Positions 42,936 to 54,429 of a stretch of DNA of 64,000 nucleotides are shown one piece after another; within the stretch, counting starts at the first letter, position 1, and every line of letters starts with the position of its first letter. The notes under the pieces are model-generated. The model was given only the letters and a program-made list of their open reading frames with translations. It was not told the origin of the DNA and did not search any database. The DNA comes from Cyanidioschyzon merolae (taxonomy: Eukaryota), in the NCBI GenBank assembly GCA_000091205.1, contig AP006501.2; one strand, 5' to 3'. Made by a program: the position numbers and the translations under genes.

Positions 42936-44013
42936 GGATCCGACGTTCCGAAATATCGACATGTACACTGCTGTGGATATTGTCGTTATTGTCGACGGAC
43001 TGGGCACGATGAGGTGAGATGATTTTTCAAGGATGCTTCCTGGATATGCCCCCTTCCAGAGAAGGCGAAGACGCCATCGCTGTTCTGCTGCCTCTAAGCA
43101 CTTCGATGCAGCTCGGAGGTATGTGAATTTTTTGCAGGGCGCCGTACGCGACCCCTGAGGGAGGAGTTGTCGCCCGGAACACGATGGTGGACGACGACGC
43201 ACCGTAAGCGTCGCTCGTGATAGCAAGATTTGGCGTCATGCTCGGAAGGTCGCATCGCCGTGGCGAAGCGATCGTGTCGAGCCCCTCGTTTCATGCTGTA
43301 CGATCGATGAGACTCAACAGAACATCTCGGATGTGCGAATGGATTTGGCAATCCCAGGAAAACGACCAGTGCGTCTCACCGGGCGCTCCTGTGTTTGACT
43401 AGACTCAGTCGCGCCCTCAAGGTACGTATGGACGAGGCTTTGATCCGAGGATGCGCTGGCAGCCGCTGAGCGCCCTGGATCCAAGGCGCTTGCTCTGCCG
43501 ATTGCGCATCATGCTCCGCAATCTTGATGCTATCGATGCCATAAAGCAGAATGCTTGGCATTTTTCAGCCAACGCAACAAATGCTCGCCGAGAAAACCTT
43601 CGAACTGGTCCGTGGGCCTGAACGCTCCCTCGTTTGCGCTACTGAAATACCTGTCTCTGAGCGTTAGCAAAAATATGGGCGCGACCTGATGACCTGAAAC
43701 GTTGAGATGCAGCGGCGTTATCGCCACCGAGCAGGACGCGCCCGTTGTCTGTATGGTGCCCTTTAAGTTCATCGATTGTGATGCCAAATCATGCGCATCA
43801 TCAACGATGTCTATGCCACCGAAAAAAATCGCACACCAGGCTGTGCTCCGAGGGCGCATCACGTCCCGAATGTGTCGAAGACAATCGCGTCGAGGAGCGC
43901 ATGCCTGGGTGTTTCGCACGCTAAGTTCGCCGAGCGCTCTGGTTTTCGAATATGGGGACTGTGGACTAGCACCTGGCACAAAGCCCGTCTTTTTCCTCGA
44001 AACAGTAGGCAGC

Positions 44014-44871
44014 ATGTCTTTGAAGCGTCCGTTGCCCGACCCGACGGACTCGGAGCTGGTTTCGGTAAATAGCGCGGACGTGAGAGAGCCCGAAGCGAGT
44101 CACACCATCACGAAACTGTTTACTGCGCTCGGAGCTGCTTTGGACGAGCGTCTGGAGCGACGTGAGCGTTTCGTGCGCGCCTCGCGAGACCTCACCATGG
44201 CAGCGAAGAAGGCCATCTTTGAACTTCAGAGACTGAAAAGCTCGTTACGCCGCCTGCGAGACACACAAACACAAGAAGCCTGGGCAAAGACGGAGCAAAC
44301 GTTTGATCGGTTGCAAGGCCTGCTACGAGGTGGAATTCTCAAGGAACTCGAGGCGACGCCCGCGTTCAGCGATACCTACTGGCAGTACCACCAGGTGTTT
44401 TCGCCTGGCGTCCAGGAGTACGTGGAGGCTCTTGCGTTTCGCCACTGGTTCAAAGACGCACGGATTCTACAGTTTCAAGCTACCTGCGAAAAATTGGCAC
44501 CGTTTCCGCTCGAAGTATCCGACTATTTACTTGGACTCTGTGATGCGTCCGGCGAAGTGATGCGACTAGCAGTCCAGAGCAGTGCTCTTGGAGAGCAGGG
44601 CGTTGCCTTTGAGGCGAGCAGTTTTCTCGATACACTCCGACGGGAGTGCACGAGAATCAGCGCTCGCACCCGCCGGGCGTGGCCGCCTTCCATGCAGCAG
44701 GATCTGGACCGCAAACTCGTTACCATGGGTGAGAGTTTGCAAAAAGTGCAGGATGTTTGTTATCGGTTATGTTTGAGACGCGCCGAGCGTGCCGTGTTAG
44801 GTCTTGATGACCGTGATGAAGCTGACGACGGCGCCGATGCTGGTATTCAGGCGGAAGAGATCATCGGATGA
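44014..44871 (+). CDS. Translin-family protein (translin-associated factor X/TRAX-like)
   Basis: The C-terminal signature SDYLLGLCDASGEVMRLAV corresponds to the translin DYLLG.ADLTGELMR motif, and the N-terminal region is helical. The start is taken at MSLKRPL (ATG at 44014); the ORF opens at 43702. Confidence 0.7.
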   Translation: MSLKRPLPDPTDSELVSVNSADVREPEASHTITKLFTALGAALDERLERRERFVRASRDLTMAAKKAIFELQRLKSSLRRLRDTQTQEAWAKTEQTFDRLQGLLRGGILKELEATPAFSDTYWQYHQVFSPGVQEYVEALAFRHWFKDARILQFQATCEKLAPFPLEVSDYLLGLCDASGEVMRLAVQSSALGEQGVAFEASSFLDTLRRECTRISARTRRAWPPSMQQDLDRKLVTMGESLQKVQDVCYRLCLRRAERAVLGLDDRDEADDGADAGIQAEEIIG

Positions 44872-45642
44872 GCTCCGGCAAGAGACTCTTTTCTCGTGGC
44901 GAGGCATTAGCGCTGATTTACGCAGAGCCGTTTGCACGCATTTGACCGAGAGCGCTTCGTTTCTGTATCGTTTACAGGAAAGCGCTGATCTTCAGCGTGA
45001 GGAAATCCGCGCACCCTCTGACGGAACTGGCCCATCTAGAAGGGATCGAATCCAACAATGGAGGCCTAGTGACAAGAGCAGTAGCAGCAGCAGCAGCAGC
45101 AGCCGGCAAGGCCGCGATTTGCGGTTCGGAATGATGCTCAGGATCCGGGCTCCTCCGATGAAACCTGGGATCAGCGTGTCGTTTGCGTTGCAAAAACTGG
45201 TTCTTCCTGGTGCAATCGAGCATACGTCTGCTCGATCGAGTCAGAAGCGATGCGCCTTTTGCGCGTATATAGAAGATCCCCCCCCTGACACATCAACCAA
45301 TATTCTCGAAGCACCTATCCATTCGACATCGCAACGCAGGACCACTGAGTGGCAGTTTTTGGACACGCGCTTCCGAACAGACCAAAGGACACTGGTTAGG
45401 CAACGTCGAAGCCGCGCACGACGCACGCTGTACCCGAGACATGTCGGATAAGGCAACGTCTCCTGCGCTGCGGAGACATTTTTGCCCGACGCAGCGCTAT
45501 ATCAACGGCTGTATGGACGCCCCCGGTGCCAGCATGGTACCTGTTGCTGAGGCTCCAAGGACGCGCCCATTGCTAGCATGACTAAGGCACTTGGCGTCTA
45601 GAACATACGTAACTCCGAGGGATCCGTGCCTGATTAAAGGCA

Positions 45643-46563
45643 CTAGTGCTTGTCGCTTGTCGTCTCGTATGGTGTGCTCGGACGAGATGCGACTTGGTGA
45701 AGTGCAACGACCAGTGAGGGTGCCTGTCGCCGGTTGAGCCAGCGATGCGCAACCGCCGTCCACTGAGACGCGTCCAGCGCTTGCGCCCAGTCCATCACGG
45801 CGGCTCCTTCGGCGGCCCCGCCGTCGTGTCCGGTGTAACAACTAACAGAAATGAGACCCTCACGGGGAGCAATCAACCCTTCAAGGAGTTTCAAGCTTTT
45901 TATGGTCGTGTCGGCGCGCGTGCGGATGCTTCTATCCGAGTCTAGGCCGGGCAGGTAGCCTAAATTGTATGCAGCGACCTTGAACCATGTTGGCCGAGCT
46001 TTGACGTCAGCAAGCCAACTATCCAGCATGTCTCGCTGAAACTGCTCGTGGGGAAACTGCCTGAGTTCACAAATGAAGCCGTTTTCAGTCCAAAGACGGC
46101 AACGGAGGCGTCCTTGCGTGTATTCGGAGTGGATGTGCAGCTCTGTTGATCGGAATCTGCTTTGAAACATGTCAACCAGGCGATTCCTCGTTCGCATCAC
46201 AGCTTTATCTTGGATATCCAGGGCGATCAGGGTGCCCGTAACCGGCGCACCGATATATTCGGCGAGCGCCAGTGTATCATGACCGTTACCACAGGTGGCA
46301 TCTAGGACCATATCACCGGGTTCGAGGACGCTGCGCCAGTACGTGTGCGCAAGTTGTGTGTTCTTCTCCAGGTGGTGCGCCGAGCAGAGCGGTGGTGGCT
46401 CTGTGCACCGCGGCCTGCGCTGGACCACCCGCGGAACGCGTGAACACCCCGGGCGGCTATAGCGACGTGTTGAGAGCCAGTTACAGAAAGCGAAACAACA
46501 CGTTCTCTCCCAGTAAACGAGAGAGGGCTTTCTTTCGCCGGTCAGCGCTCTCGAAAAGTTCAT
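45643..46563 (-). CDS. YtqB-like class I SAM-dependent methyltransferase (bacterial 'putative rRNA methylase' family) with an N-terminal extension
   Basis: The segment VLDATCGNGHDTLALAEYIG...LIALDIQDKAV matches YtqB (VIDATMGNGHDTQFLA...VYGFDIQ). The roughly 60-aa N-terminal extension could be an organelle-targeting peptide. Confidence 0.7.
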   Translation of the reverse strand: MNFSRALTGERKPSLVYWERTCCFAFCNWLSTRRYSRPGCSRVPRVVQRRPRCTEPPPLCSAHHLEKNTQLAHTYWRSVLEPGDMVLDATCGNGHDTLALAEYIGAPVTGTLIALDIQDKAVMRTRNRLVDMFQSRFRSTELHIHSEYTQGRLRCRLWTENGFICELRQFPHEQFQRDMLDSWLADVKARPTWFKVAAYNLGYLPGLDSDRSIRTRADTTIKSLKLLEGLIAPREGLISVSCYTGHDGGAAEGAAVMDWAQALDASQWTAVAHRWLNRRQAPSLVVALHQVASRPSTPYETTSDKH

Positions 46564-48015
46564 TTCGGAGGCAGTCTGTCCCCGTCAAACTGCAGCTTTT
46601 TGCGCCGAAAACAAGTTCGCGCGTCCCAAGGATTGAGCCACTTGGCTCAGCAGAAAGTTCGATCGCAACAACTTTACACCAGAAACGTATCGACCGAATA
46701 CACTTATTCGGCTGAGCGTCTGGTCGCAGAATAGCAACCGGCTTCGCGCGGAAGCTTGGCGACTGCGTTGGCGTCAAGACGCTGCAGCTGCCCCGTACTG
46801 ACCGCTGAGGAACGATGGTCAAGTTTGAAGCGTTCGGGTCGCATCAGCGGCAGCGTGGACGTAAATGATCCAAATCTTGTACTGCTCTTGTCGACAGCTT
46901 TCATAGCTTACATACTCACCCGCAAAGCCTGCTTACGTCCGCTTCCGTCAAGACCCAGACACCAGATCATGCGCATTCGGGGTCATTGTTGGATGTCGGT
47001 AGACGGTTGTGCGCTGCATCTTGACGATGTTGACGCCTCAGTTGCTGCGTGCAGAAGACTTGGAACGAACAGCGAAGCGCGATTCGCTTTCAGACTTTCG
47101 CGAGGTCTGTGTTTCCAGCGCTGGGTCGTCCACTTGACACAGATCTTTGGGGCGGTGCTCGTAGGGATCACGCGGCACGCGGGAGATGCTTTCCAGAAAC
47201 GTTCTCTGTATCCGTTGGACACGACTGCAGGTTCCGTGGGATGATGACGTGATGCGGGTGCGCGTCCTCACTGAGACTGCTCCATACTGATCACCTACAG
47301 CGCGGGGATCGAGAACGGTATAGCCCAACTGAGCCCGAGGACGTGTCGGTATCGTACAGAAGCTCGATGAGATCGTGTCCGATGACGATGACGACGACGC
47401 GATGGACACAGCGACGTTGAGAAACCTCGTCCGTCGCAGACACCCCCTAGCATGCTGCAGCTACGTGAGGCTATGCTTTGCTGGGTGGAACGCTCCGTTG
47501 CCGATCGTTTCCTGTTCCGTTGCACGCGGAATCAAAGACTGCAACAGAGCGGCTGCTGAACGAAGAAAACTTGTCTTGTGGCGTCTCCCAGCTTTTTTTT
47601 TCGCTGTTTGGCCCATCCCGAGCATGTTTACGTCGCGTACGTCCATGTTCACGACGCACAACTCCCATACTACAATACGTGATGCACGTAGGTCAGGATT
47701 GGCGTCACAGATGCATATGAAGAGGTTTTCGAAGCAGCACCCGGACGAACGGTCTCTGCAGCTGATTCGACACCGTAGCCGCACACTCAGTCATTTGCTC
47801 ATGTACTGATTTCCTTCGGTAAGCACTCTTGCTCCGCTGCGGTATCCAAGCGCGTCCACGCCTTCCCAGCTATGTGTACCTGATCGCGTGTTGTACAAAA
47901 TCGATCCGCGCATCGCTCGCTCGCGGGATTCGCCTGCCCACACGCGAAACGCCTGGAGATTCGCGGCGATGCGCCGGCCGAGCGCATGGGCCCTGTGTGT
48001 GCGTATACGTGCCCT

Positions 48016-48075
48016 GCAGCAGCAGCAGCAGCAGCAGCAGGAGCAGCAGCAGCGGCGGCGGCGGCAGCGGCGACT
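48016..48075. repeat. (CAG)n/(CGG)n trinucleotide microsatellite
   Basis: The run cagcagcagcagcagcagcagcaggagcagcagcagcggcggcggcggcagcggcg is read directly from the sequence. Confidence 0.85.
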
Positions 48076-48443
48076 CGCGCATCGCGCGAGCAGCGATCCG
48101 CGTATGAACGGTGGCGTACCGAGTCGATCTGCGGTCCTGTCGCCGCCGCCTGTTGATTGTGGAACCCGCCGCCGTGTGCCCCCATTTTCACGCATGCGTT
48201 CCGTTGAGCGCACGCGTGCGATTCGTGCGATGATCGCAAAGCCGGTCACTCGATGCAGCAGATCGATCCGAGATTGCACGCACCGACGTGACCAATCGCT
48301 GCGCTGTGCGATTCGCGTCCACGCCACCGTGTACGGGGACGACGTACGCACGTGCCAATAGGGTTTAGGGGTCCGCCTAGAGAGCCTCTTTTCGGCGTTC
48401 TATAGTGGTCCGCTGGGCGACTAGTATTCGGTTTCCTAAGACA

Positions 48444-50195
48444 ATGGGGTCCGAAAAGCATGAGCGCCTGCCGTCGGAAACACCTGTTGGGGTCGCGAGG
48501 CCCTCGACTGGGCTTTCTGGGGCGCATCTGGGGCTCACGCTCGGCACGCTGAAAACAGGGACACCGACGACAAGCACATCTGCCAAAGGCGCAGCAGCGC
48601 AGGCTTCGGAGACTAGGGAAGGATCCTCGGACCAAGAGCAAGCCGGAGCGCTGCCAGGTAACGGAGAAACATTGAACGTGGACGCGGCAGCAGAGGGAGT
48701 ATATGAACGGCCTACGGACCGCCTACAGGTTCGCACTGGCACGGAGTTGCCGGCAAAGAGCCCACCAAAGGGACAGAAGCAGCGGAGGCCATATTTTCTG
48801 CGGAAACAGCGCGAGTCGTGGTCTCCAGAGGAACACCAGCGTTTTCTGCAGGCACTCGCACAGTATGGGCGCCTGTGGACGCAGGTCCAGCGCGTTGTCA
48901 AGACTAAGACAGCAGAGCAGATTCGATCACATGCTCAAAAGTACTTTATTCAGCTGGAAAAAAAGCGTATGAAGGAGAAATCGTCCACAAATTCTTCAGA
49001 CTCGAAACCGAGCGAGGCTCTTCGGGAGCCAGCTGCTAGTGGTGGCGCTCCAAGACACGCGGAGAACGCCGCTCTGCAGCCCGGAGCCGTTGGCACTAGA
49101 ATGCCGCATGAAGCATCACAGCAGCAGACAGTGTTTCAGTCGACAGAGATGAGACATTTGGGTAGATTGCAACCTCTGCCTCTAGCCGTGCCGGAGAACA
49201 CTTGCACAGAACACGAGCATAATGTGGCCAGGGTACCACGGGTGGAGAATCGTTTGCCACATGGAATCGTGGGGAGCCCTTCTGCTTCTACGCATCATTA
49301 CCGCTGGGGTCGCACTGTAAGCGGGACAAGTCAGGTCGTCGCCGCATGCGGCTATCACCCGAAGGACATGACTGCACGCATTCGAGAAGGAGCCGCTGTA
49401 GCGCCTCATACGGATATACCATTGAACTTGCCTGCAATGCGTGCCGCAGACCGTCTGGAGGCGAATCAGCACGCCGTCCACGAACGCTGTATCGGTAATT
49501 CGTTACTGGTAGGCACGTCGGCTGGTGGTTCCCACGTACGCCGCGATGCGTATGCCACGCTTGGGTTTTGCGATCCGAGTATCGCGCAAGCCCAGCGAGC
49601 ACAGTTCACCTCAATGCCAGTTTTGAGCAGCACTGCCCAGACACACCTATCAGATTCACATTCAGGCGTCACCTGGTGTCAACGAGCGAGCACAGATACG
49701 GACTACCGGACCGGAGCATCGCTTCCGCGGCCAATAGAACCATGGGGCGGGACGCGGCCTTTGTCACCGTTGTCACTATCGGTGACGCAGTCATCATCTG
49801 ATTGGTGCCCGTCCAGTTGCGCATCCTCGGTGCCATCGATCGCGTCGCCGATGCAGGACTCACCGGCGGTATCGCACGATCGGCTGAGGCAGGCGCTCGA
49901 CTCTCTCGTCAATGGAAGGAAATCGATTGAGCGCTTGGGAACCGGACCGATCTTGAAGCATTTTGATCAGCATCTCTTACAGTATGGCGTCTTTCAAACA
50001 ATTCCGCAGACTACACCCAGTCCCTCGCTGCCTGTTTCCGCGACCGAGGCCGCCATTCCCCATTCACCGCCGTCTGCCAGGAACCCTGTGACTGCAGGCG
50101 CCAAGGTACAGTTACCCTCCGTTTCTTCATTGATTTCTAATCGATTTGCCGTGTCGCATAGCACATCGCAGAAAGAGAGCATGCCCTATTCGTGA
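48444..50195 (+). CDS. MYB-related transcription factor, SHAQKYF class (single Myb/SANT repeat)
   Basis: The repeat WSPEEHQRFLQALAQYGRLWTQVQRVVKTKTAEQIRSHAQKYFIQLEK carries the literal SHAQKYF signature. The rest is low-complexity. The start is taken at MGSEKHE; the ORF opens at 48405. Confidence 0.75.
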   Translation: MGSEKHERLPSETPVGVARPSTGLSGAHLGLTLGTLKTGTPTTSTSAKGAAAQASETREGSSDQEQAGALPGNGETLNVDAAAEGVYERPTDRLQVRTGTELPAKSPPKGQKQRRPYFLRKQRESWSPEEHQRFLQALAQYGRLWTQVQRVVKTKTAEQIRSHAQKYFIQLEKKRMKEKSSTNSSDSKPSEALREPAASGGAPRHAENAALQPGAVGTRMPHEASQQQTVFQSTEMRHLGRLQPLPLAVPENTCTEHEHNVARVPRVENRLPHGIVGSPSASTHHYRWGRTVSGTSQVVAACGYHPKDMTARIREGAAVAPHTDIPLNLPAMRAADRLEANQHAVHERCIGNSLLVGTSAGGSHVRRDAYATLGFCDPSIAQAQRAQFTSMPVLSSTAQTHLSDSHSGVTWCQRASTDTDYRTGASLPRPIEPWGGTRPLSPLSLSVTQSSSDWCPSSCASSVPSIASPMQDSPAVSHDRLRQALDSLVNGRKSIERLGTGPILKHFDQHLLQYGVFQTIPQTTPSPSLPVSATEAAIPHSPPSARNPVTAGAKVQLPSVSSLISNRFAVSHSTSQKESMPYS

Positions 50196-50684
50196 TTCTA
50201 ACTTTGATGACCGCGAGTGCGCGCTGCATTGCATGGAGTACGTCTGCTGACTACTAAAGAGTTCTAAAAATAGCTCTCACTCAATACACGCTAACGAATG
50301 GAATTTGTCGTCCGCTTACCAAGCGCTGTGTCGGAATTGCGTCCTGCTGCACTGCCCGCTCGCCCCGCGCCCCCGAACGGCTCCGCGGTCCAGGAGTACC
50401 TCCCAGTGGACGAGGCACTGGGTCTGCGCGACCTGACCGGCTCCTTTTCGAATACAAACCTGGCCTGGATTCCATATTATTCCAAAAAAGAGACTTCGAT
50501 TAAGCATAATGAAAACGATTGCAAAGAACCGGAAAGCCTTTATGGTTGCGCGCTACGTGGTTTCGGTGGAACGTGGCGCTGGCGCCGAGTTCCACCTGCA
50601 AGTGCAAAACCGCAATCGTTTCAGCAGTCGACTCAGTTTGCGAGCGATGATTCACCACAGGCAGTTTCCGGACCTCGGTTTTTC

Positions 50685-51074
50685 TCACTTGGCGTGCGCG
50701 TTGTTGGTGACGTACTCAACGGCGTCAGCGACACTGAGAATCTTCTCCGCGGCCGCATCGGGAATTTCAATCGCAAACTCATCCTCGAATGCCATAACGA
50801 GCTCCACAGTATCCAGCGAGTCTAGAGCCAGATCTTTCACGAAGTGTGCATCTGGTGTAACTTTAGAAGCGTCTACTTTCTCAAAGTTCCGTACAACGTT
50901 CAGCACTCGTTCGAGAACGTCTTTCCGGTCGAGAAAGACGCTACCTCCGCTCCCCGCCTCACTGGACCAGCTACGCGTCGAAGTCAGAGCACCTCTGTAC
51001 CAGCCTCCGATCGATCCCTGTCTCGCGAAACCTAGCGCCCGCGCAAGACTGCGCGCTACTGTAACGAGCGTCAT
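50685..51074 (-). CDS. Mitochondrial acyl carrier protein with presequence
   Basis: The phosphopantetheine-attachment motif LALDSLDTVELVMAFEDEFAIEIPD is present. It is preceded by a basic and hydroxylated presequence (MTLVTVARSLARALGFARQ). The ORF extends to 51170. Confidence 0.85.
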   Translation of the reverse strand: MTLVTVARSLARALGFARQGSIGGWYRGALTSTRSWSSEAGSGGSVFLDRKDVLERVLNVVRNFEKVDASKVTPDAHFVKDLALDSLDTVELVMAFEDEFAIEIPDAAAEKILSVADAVEYVTNNAHAK

Positions 51075-53482
51075 CAGGAGCACACAACAGCAGCGGACAC
51101 GTTCCCAACGAGACGTCCGTGTTCTGTGCGCGACAGGATGTGCGAGCCCATCGTCGTGCAGAGCGATCACGGCTTGTGTACCAGGATATCAATGTTCTTT
51201 CCTATATGTATAGTATTGTTCTCGAACGTCACTGGCGACGGCGTGCGCGCCTGCTGCTGCGATGTGCAGGGCGGACTGCACAGGCGCTCGCACGCCACGC
51301 ACAGGCCCCGATGCCGCTGATCGGGCGACGGTGCGCATGCGGAGGATACAGTCGCTCAAAGAGGATTTTTAGGGACGATTATAGAAGTAACGGACAAAGC
51401 CATTCGTGCAACGCAGACGCTGTCCGATCCGGAGATCTACCCGTAGAATGCGCGCTCTATGGACGATACGCAGTTGTGGCTGCTGGCGTCGAGCGCGCTT
51501 GGTTGCCGTCCAGAGGGGTGCGTTTTGGTGACGACGCGCCGTACACAGGCCTTGTGTGGCGAGATCATGCAGCTGTGAAGCGAGTGTATTTTGTCCAGAC
51601 TTGCAATCAGTCTGAGGCAGCTCGTGACGTCTGCGTTGCAGGGCACGACGCCTTAACCTCATTTTGATTGCTGCTGAGCCGTTACCCGCTTTACCGAGGC
51701 GCACGTCCAGGTTCAGGTATCGCGCTGCGCTGTGGTCACGGCGGGCGGCAAACTCGCATTGTTGGACGGCGGATCGTTATGCATCGTGATCGTAGCAGCG
51801 ACGCGTCAGCAGAGGACTCTGCCAACCGCCGGAAGCACTTTCGCGAACCGCTCAAGGTGCGCGCGCTGAACGGGGCATTTACGATCTATGCCGAGTACCC
51901 GCTGCCTAATGGAGAGAGTATACGACCGCGAAATGCCGCGAGCTTGCGTATGCTCGTTACGGAACTAACCGGTGAGCACGTCGTTGCGCTCTACAGGTCC
52001 ATCCCGGAGAGCGCAGCAGAGCGGGCGTCTCTCCTCATTGAGGACACTGAGGAAAACATGCCCACAATCGTGTATGCTGAGACCGCTTCGTCTGCTGGTG
52101 CGGATGACCCCAGGTCGACGGTTACCGCGCATGAAGCAACTTCGCGATGACTGAACGCCTATACGCGCATCGAATGCAGAACGATCGACGCAAGTGTGCC
52201 CAGCAGCTGTGTGAACCCGCTGGCGCCTTCCCCTGCATGCGTCTACATATCTGTGGCACCAAACCGAATGGGCGTCCTCTAGCGTGGTTGCTACATGATG
52301 CCGCAAGAGTACAGACCGATCCCTGTTAACAAGTCCATCATCGGTGGTGGCCACGAGATCGGTGCCTTGGTCGCGGACACGTGTGCATGCTGCCGGACCC
52401 GAAACGAATCCAGCGAGCGTCGGCGTGTCATCTGCGTTCATGGAACGGATCTGGTAATGGGAGCGCCAGGGGTCGGTAGTCCTTCTTGGTGCATCGGCGC
52501 TGACGAATGCTCTTGAAGAGCATCAGCGCCCCGTGCGACGCGCAGGACGGACGGATCATGAGGTATTCGGCCCCGTCGATGGGCCTCTCGGGGATACGCC
52601 GTTCGCAGTGATTCCGCTGCACCGCTCCCAAATGTGGCTACGAATACTCACAGGTCCAGCTTGCTTGAATCTGCCTAGACCCCATCGAAGAGACACGATC
52701 TCGTATACTTTGGTCGAGGTTGATGCATCGCTGCCGATACCTCATCAAATGCGGTAATGTTCGGCAATGAGCAAATGCATTCCGACCTGCTAAACTAGTG
52801 GAGAGTGGGTGCACATCCGTGCGGCACAGGAACGCCGCAGAAATCACATGTCCAATGAGGAAATGATGGCTCGAGCGCTGCCGTCTAGGGTCGGCTGAGA
52901 ATGCACGTACCCTAGTCTTGTCGGAGCTTGTGTTTCGTTTCGGGTGGTCTTGGATCAACGCTGCCCTCCCTCAAAAACCGCTCGCGAATGATGTAGCGCT
53001 CCGAATCTGAATGCAACGCAACACCCTTGCATCCGGATGCCGCTTGCGTTATCCCCAACGAACCACATATAAGGAGCGGGACATGATCGGGATGCGTGAC
53101 GTCTCGTGCATTCGACCGCCATGCACACTTGAGTCAAAAAGGAGCGTATCGCACAATGCAGAGAAACGCTGTTAATCCTTGATGGTTGCGGTGCCGTTCA
53201 CCTGCGTCCGGCCTCATACGCAGGCACCCGGGAGCGAGCATTTCCCCAGGATGAGCGCGGGCGCGCGTCCGACCCGGCTCTGCACCCCGATGAGAGCGCC
53301 GAATCATTGCAAAGGCGCGTGCCTTTCTCCGCCTTTGATGCTGTCGAGTGTATCATAATCCGAGTCGTTTTCTCGAATCGCTGGTGCCGGCCACTGCTGC
53401 CGCTGTTCAGAGCTCGTCTGTCGTAGTGTGTTCTCATCTGCAGAAGTATTCGCTTTCCCAGAATCCCTTTGTGCTGCTCGAG

Positions 53483-54034
53483 TTACTCGCACACAACCTG
53501 AATGGGGCGGTCAGCGAACAGCCCAGGCTCCTTTTCACCAAAAAGACGTGCGAAATGTTCATATCCACCTTCCATGACTGCGATGCTGGGCAAGTCCAGC
53601 TGCGCCAGATCTGAACCCTCTCTTTTCCATTGGACATGCATCCGCGGTAGCGTCGAAGCGAGCCCGATAGCGATCTCCGGTCCGCGGCACTTGGAAAGCA
53701 TACAGTGGCATATGACCAAGTGCCGATCTCCTGCGGATGTCGACTGCATTTTCAGCGCAAAGCGCATGAGTTTCACGGCCAAGGCACCCAGATTCCCTAT
53801 AGCTTCGTCGTACGGAGCATGCCATGCGCCTCGTATGCATCCACCGTGAAAGTCAACGTCGCGTACATCGAGGATCGTTACTGGCCACGGAATGGCGCCC
53901 TTTCGCACCAAGTCAGCGACTCGCTCACAACTGATGGTCTGAACCCGCGAGCTCATTCTCGTACGAGTTGGAGAACGTTTCTTCGGTGTAAAGAAGTTTT
54001 CGCGAGGATGAACTCTGGAAAGCGTTTTTACCAA
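53483..54034 (-). CDS. Rhodanese-domain protein of the Cdc25/ACR2 phosphatase/arsenate-reductase class
   Basis: The catalytic loop HCMLSKCRGP is C-X5-R in an HCxxSxxRGP context, flanked by ILDVRDVDFHGGCIRGAWHAPYDE and MEGGYEHF, as in Cdc25/Acr2 rhodanese domains. Confidence 0.7.
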   Translation of the reverse strand: MVKTLSRVHPRENFFTPKKRSPTRTRMSSRVQTISCERVADLVRKGAIPWPVTILDVRDVDFHGGCIRGAWHAPYDEAIGNLGALAVKLMRFALKMQSTSAGDRHLVICHCMLSKCRGPEIAIGLASTLPRMHVQWKREGSDLAQLDLPSIAVMEGGYEHFARLFGEKEPGLFADRPIQVVCE

Positions 54035-54429
54035 ACCAGGTTGCGTGTTTCAAAGCCGATAGCTCTTGTGACTGGAGACCGTTCCGCGGACGCTCTGCAA
54101 AGGTTGGTACACCTATTTGCGCTTGAAACAACCACACAACAACGGTTGACGCCCGCAATGGCCGGCAGCGCTTATGGCTCTCTGATTCGTGGAAAACCTC
54201 TGCAAATAAAGTGGACAGCAGAGACAGATCCAGGCTATACACGTAAGCCCGCCGCCAACGAGACAAAAAAGCAAGCGTTGTGAAACGCGCAAAGCAAACG
54301 CTCCTCAACTTTTCCCCAGACCAACTGCCGGCGGTAGCAACTGGGCCGGAACGATTTTTACGACAAGAAGAGGAAACCCTGCGAATACGCACTCTGGATA
54401 GACGTACGGCTTCGAGTGGATGCAAAGCG

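Noticed and set aside
53705-54283. 192-aa plus-strand ORF
   Set aside because: It is antisense to the rhodanese gene, whose motifs are diagnostic, and it has no domain.
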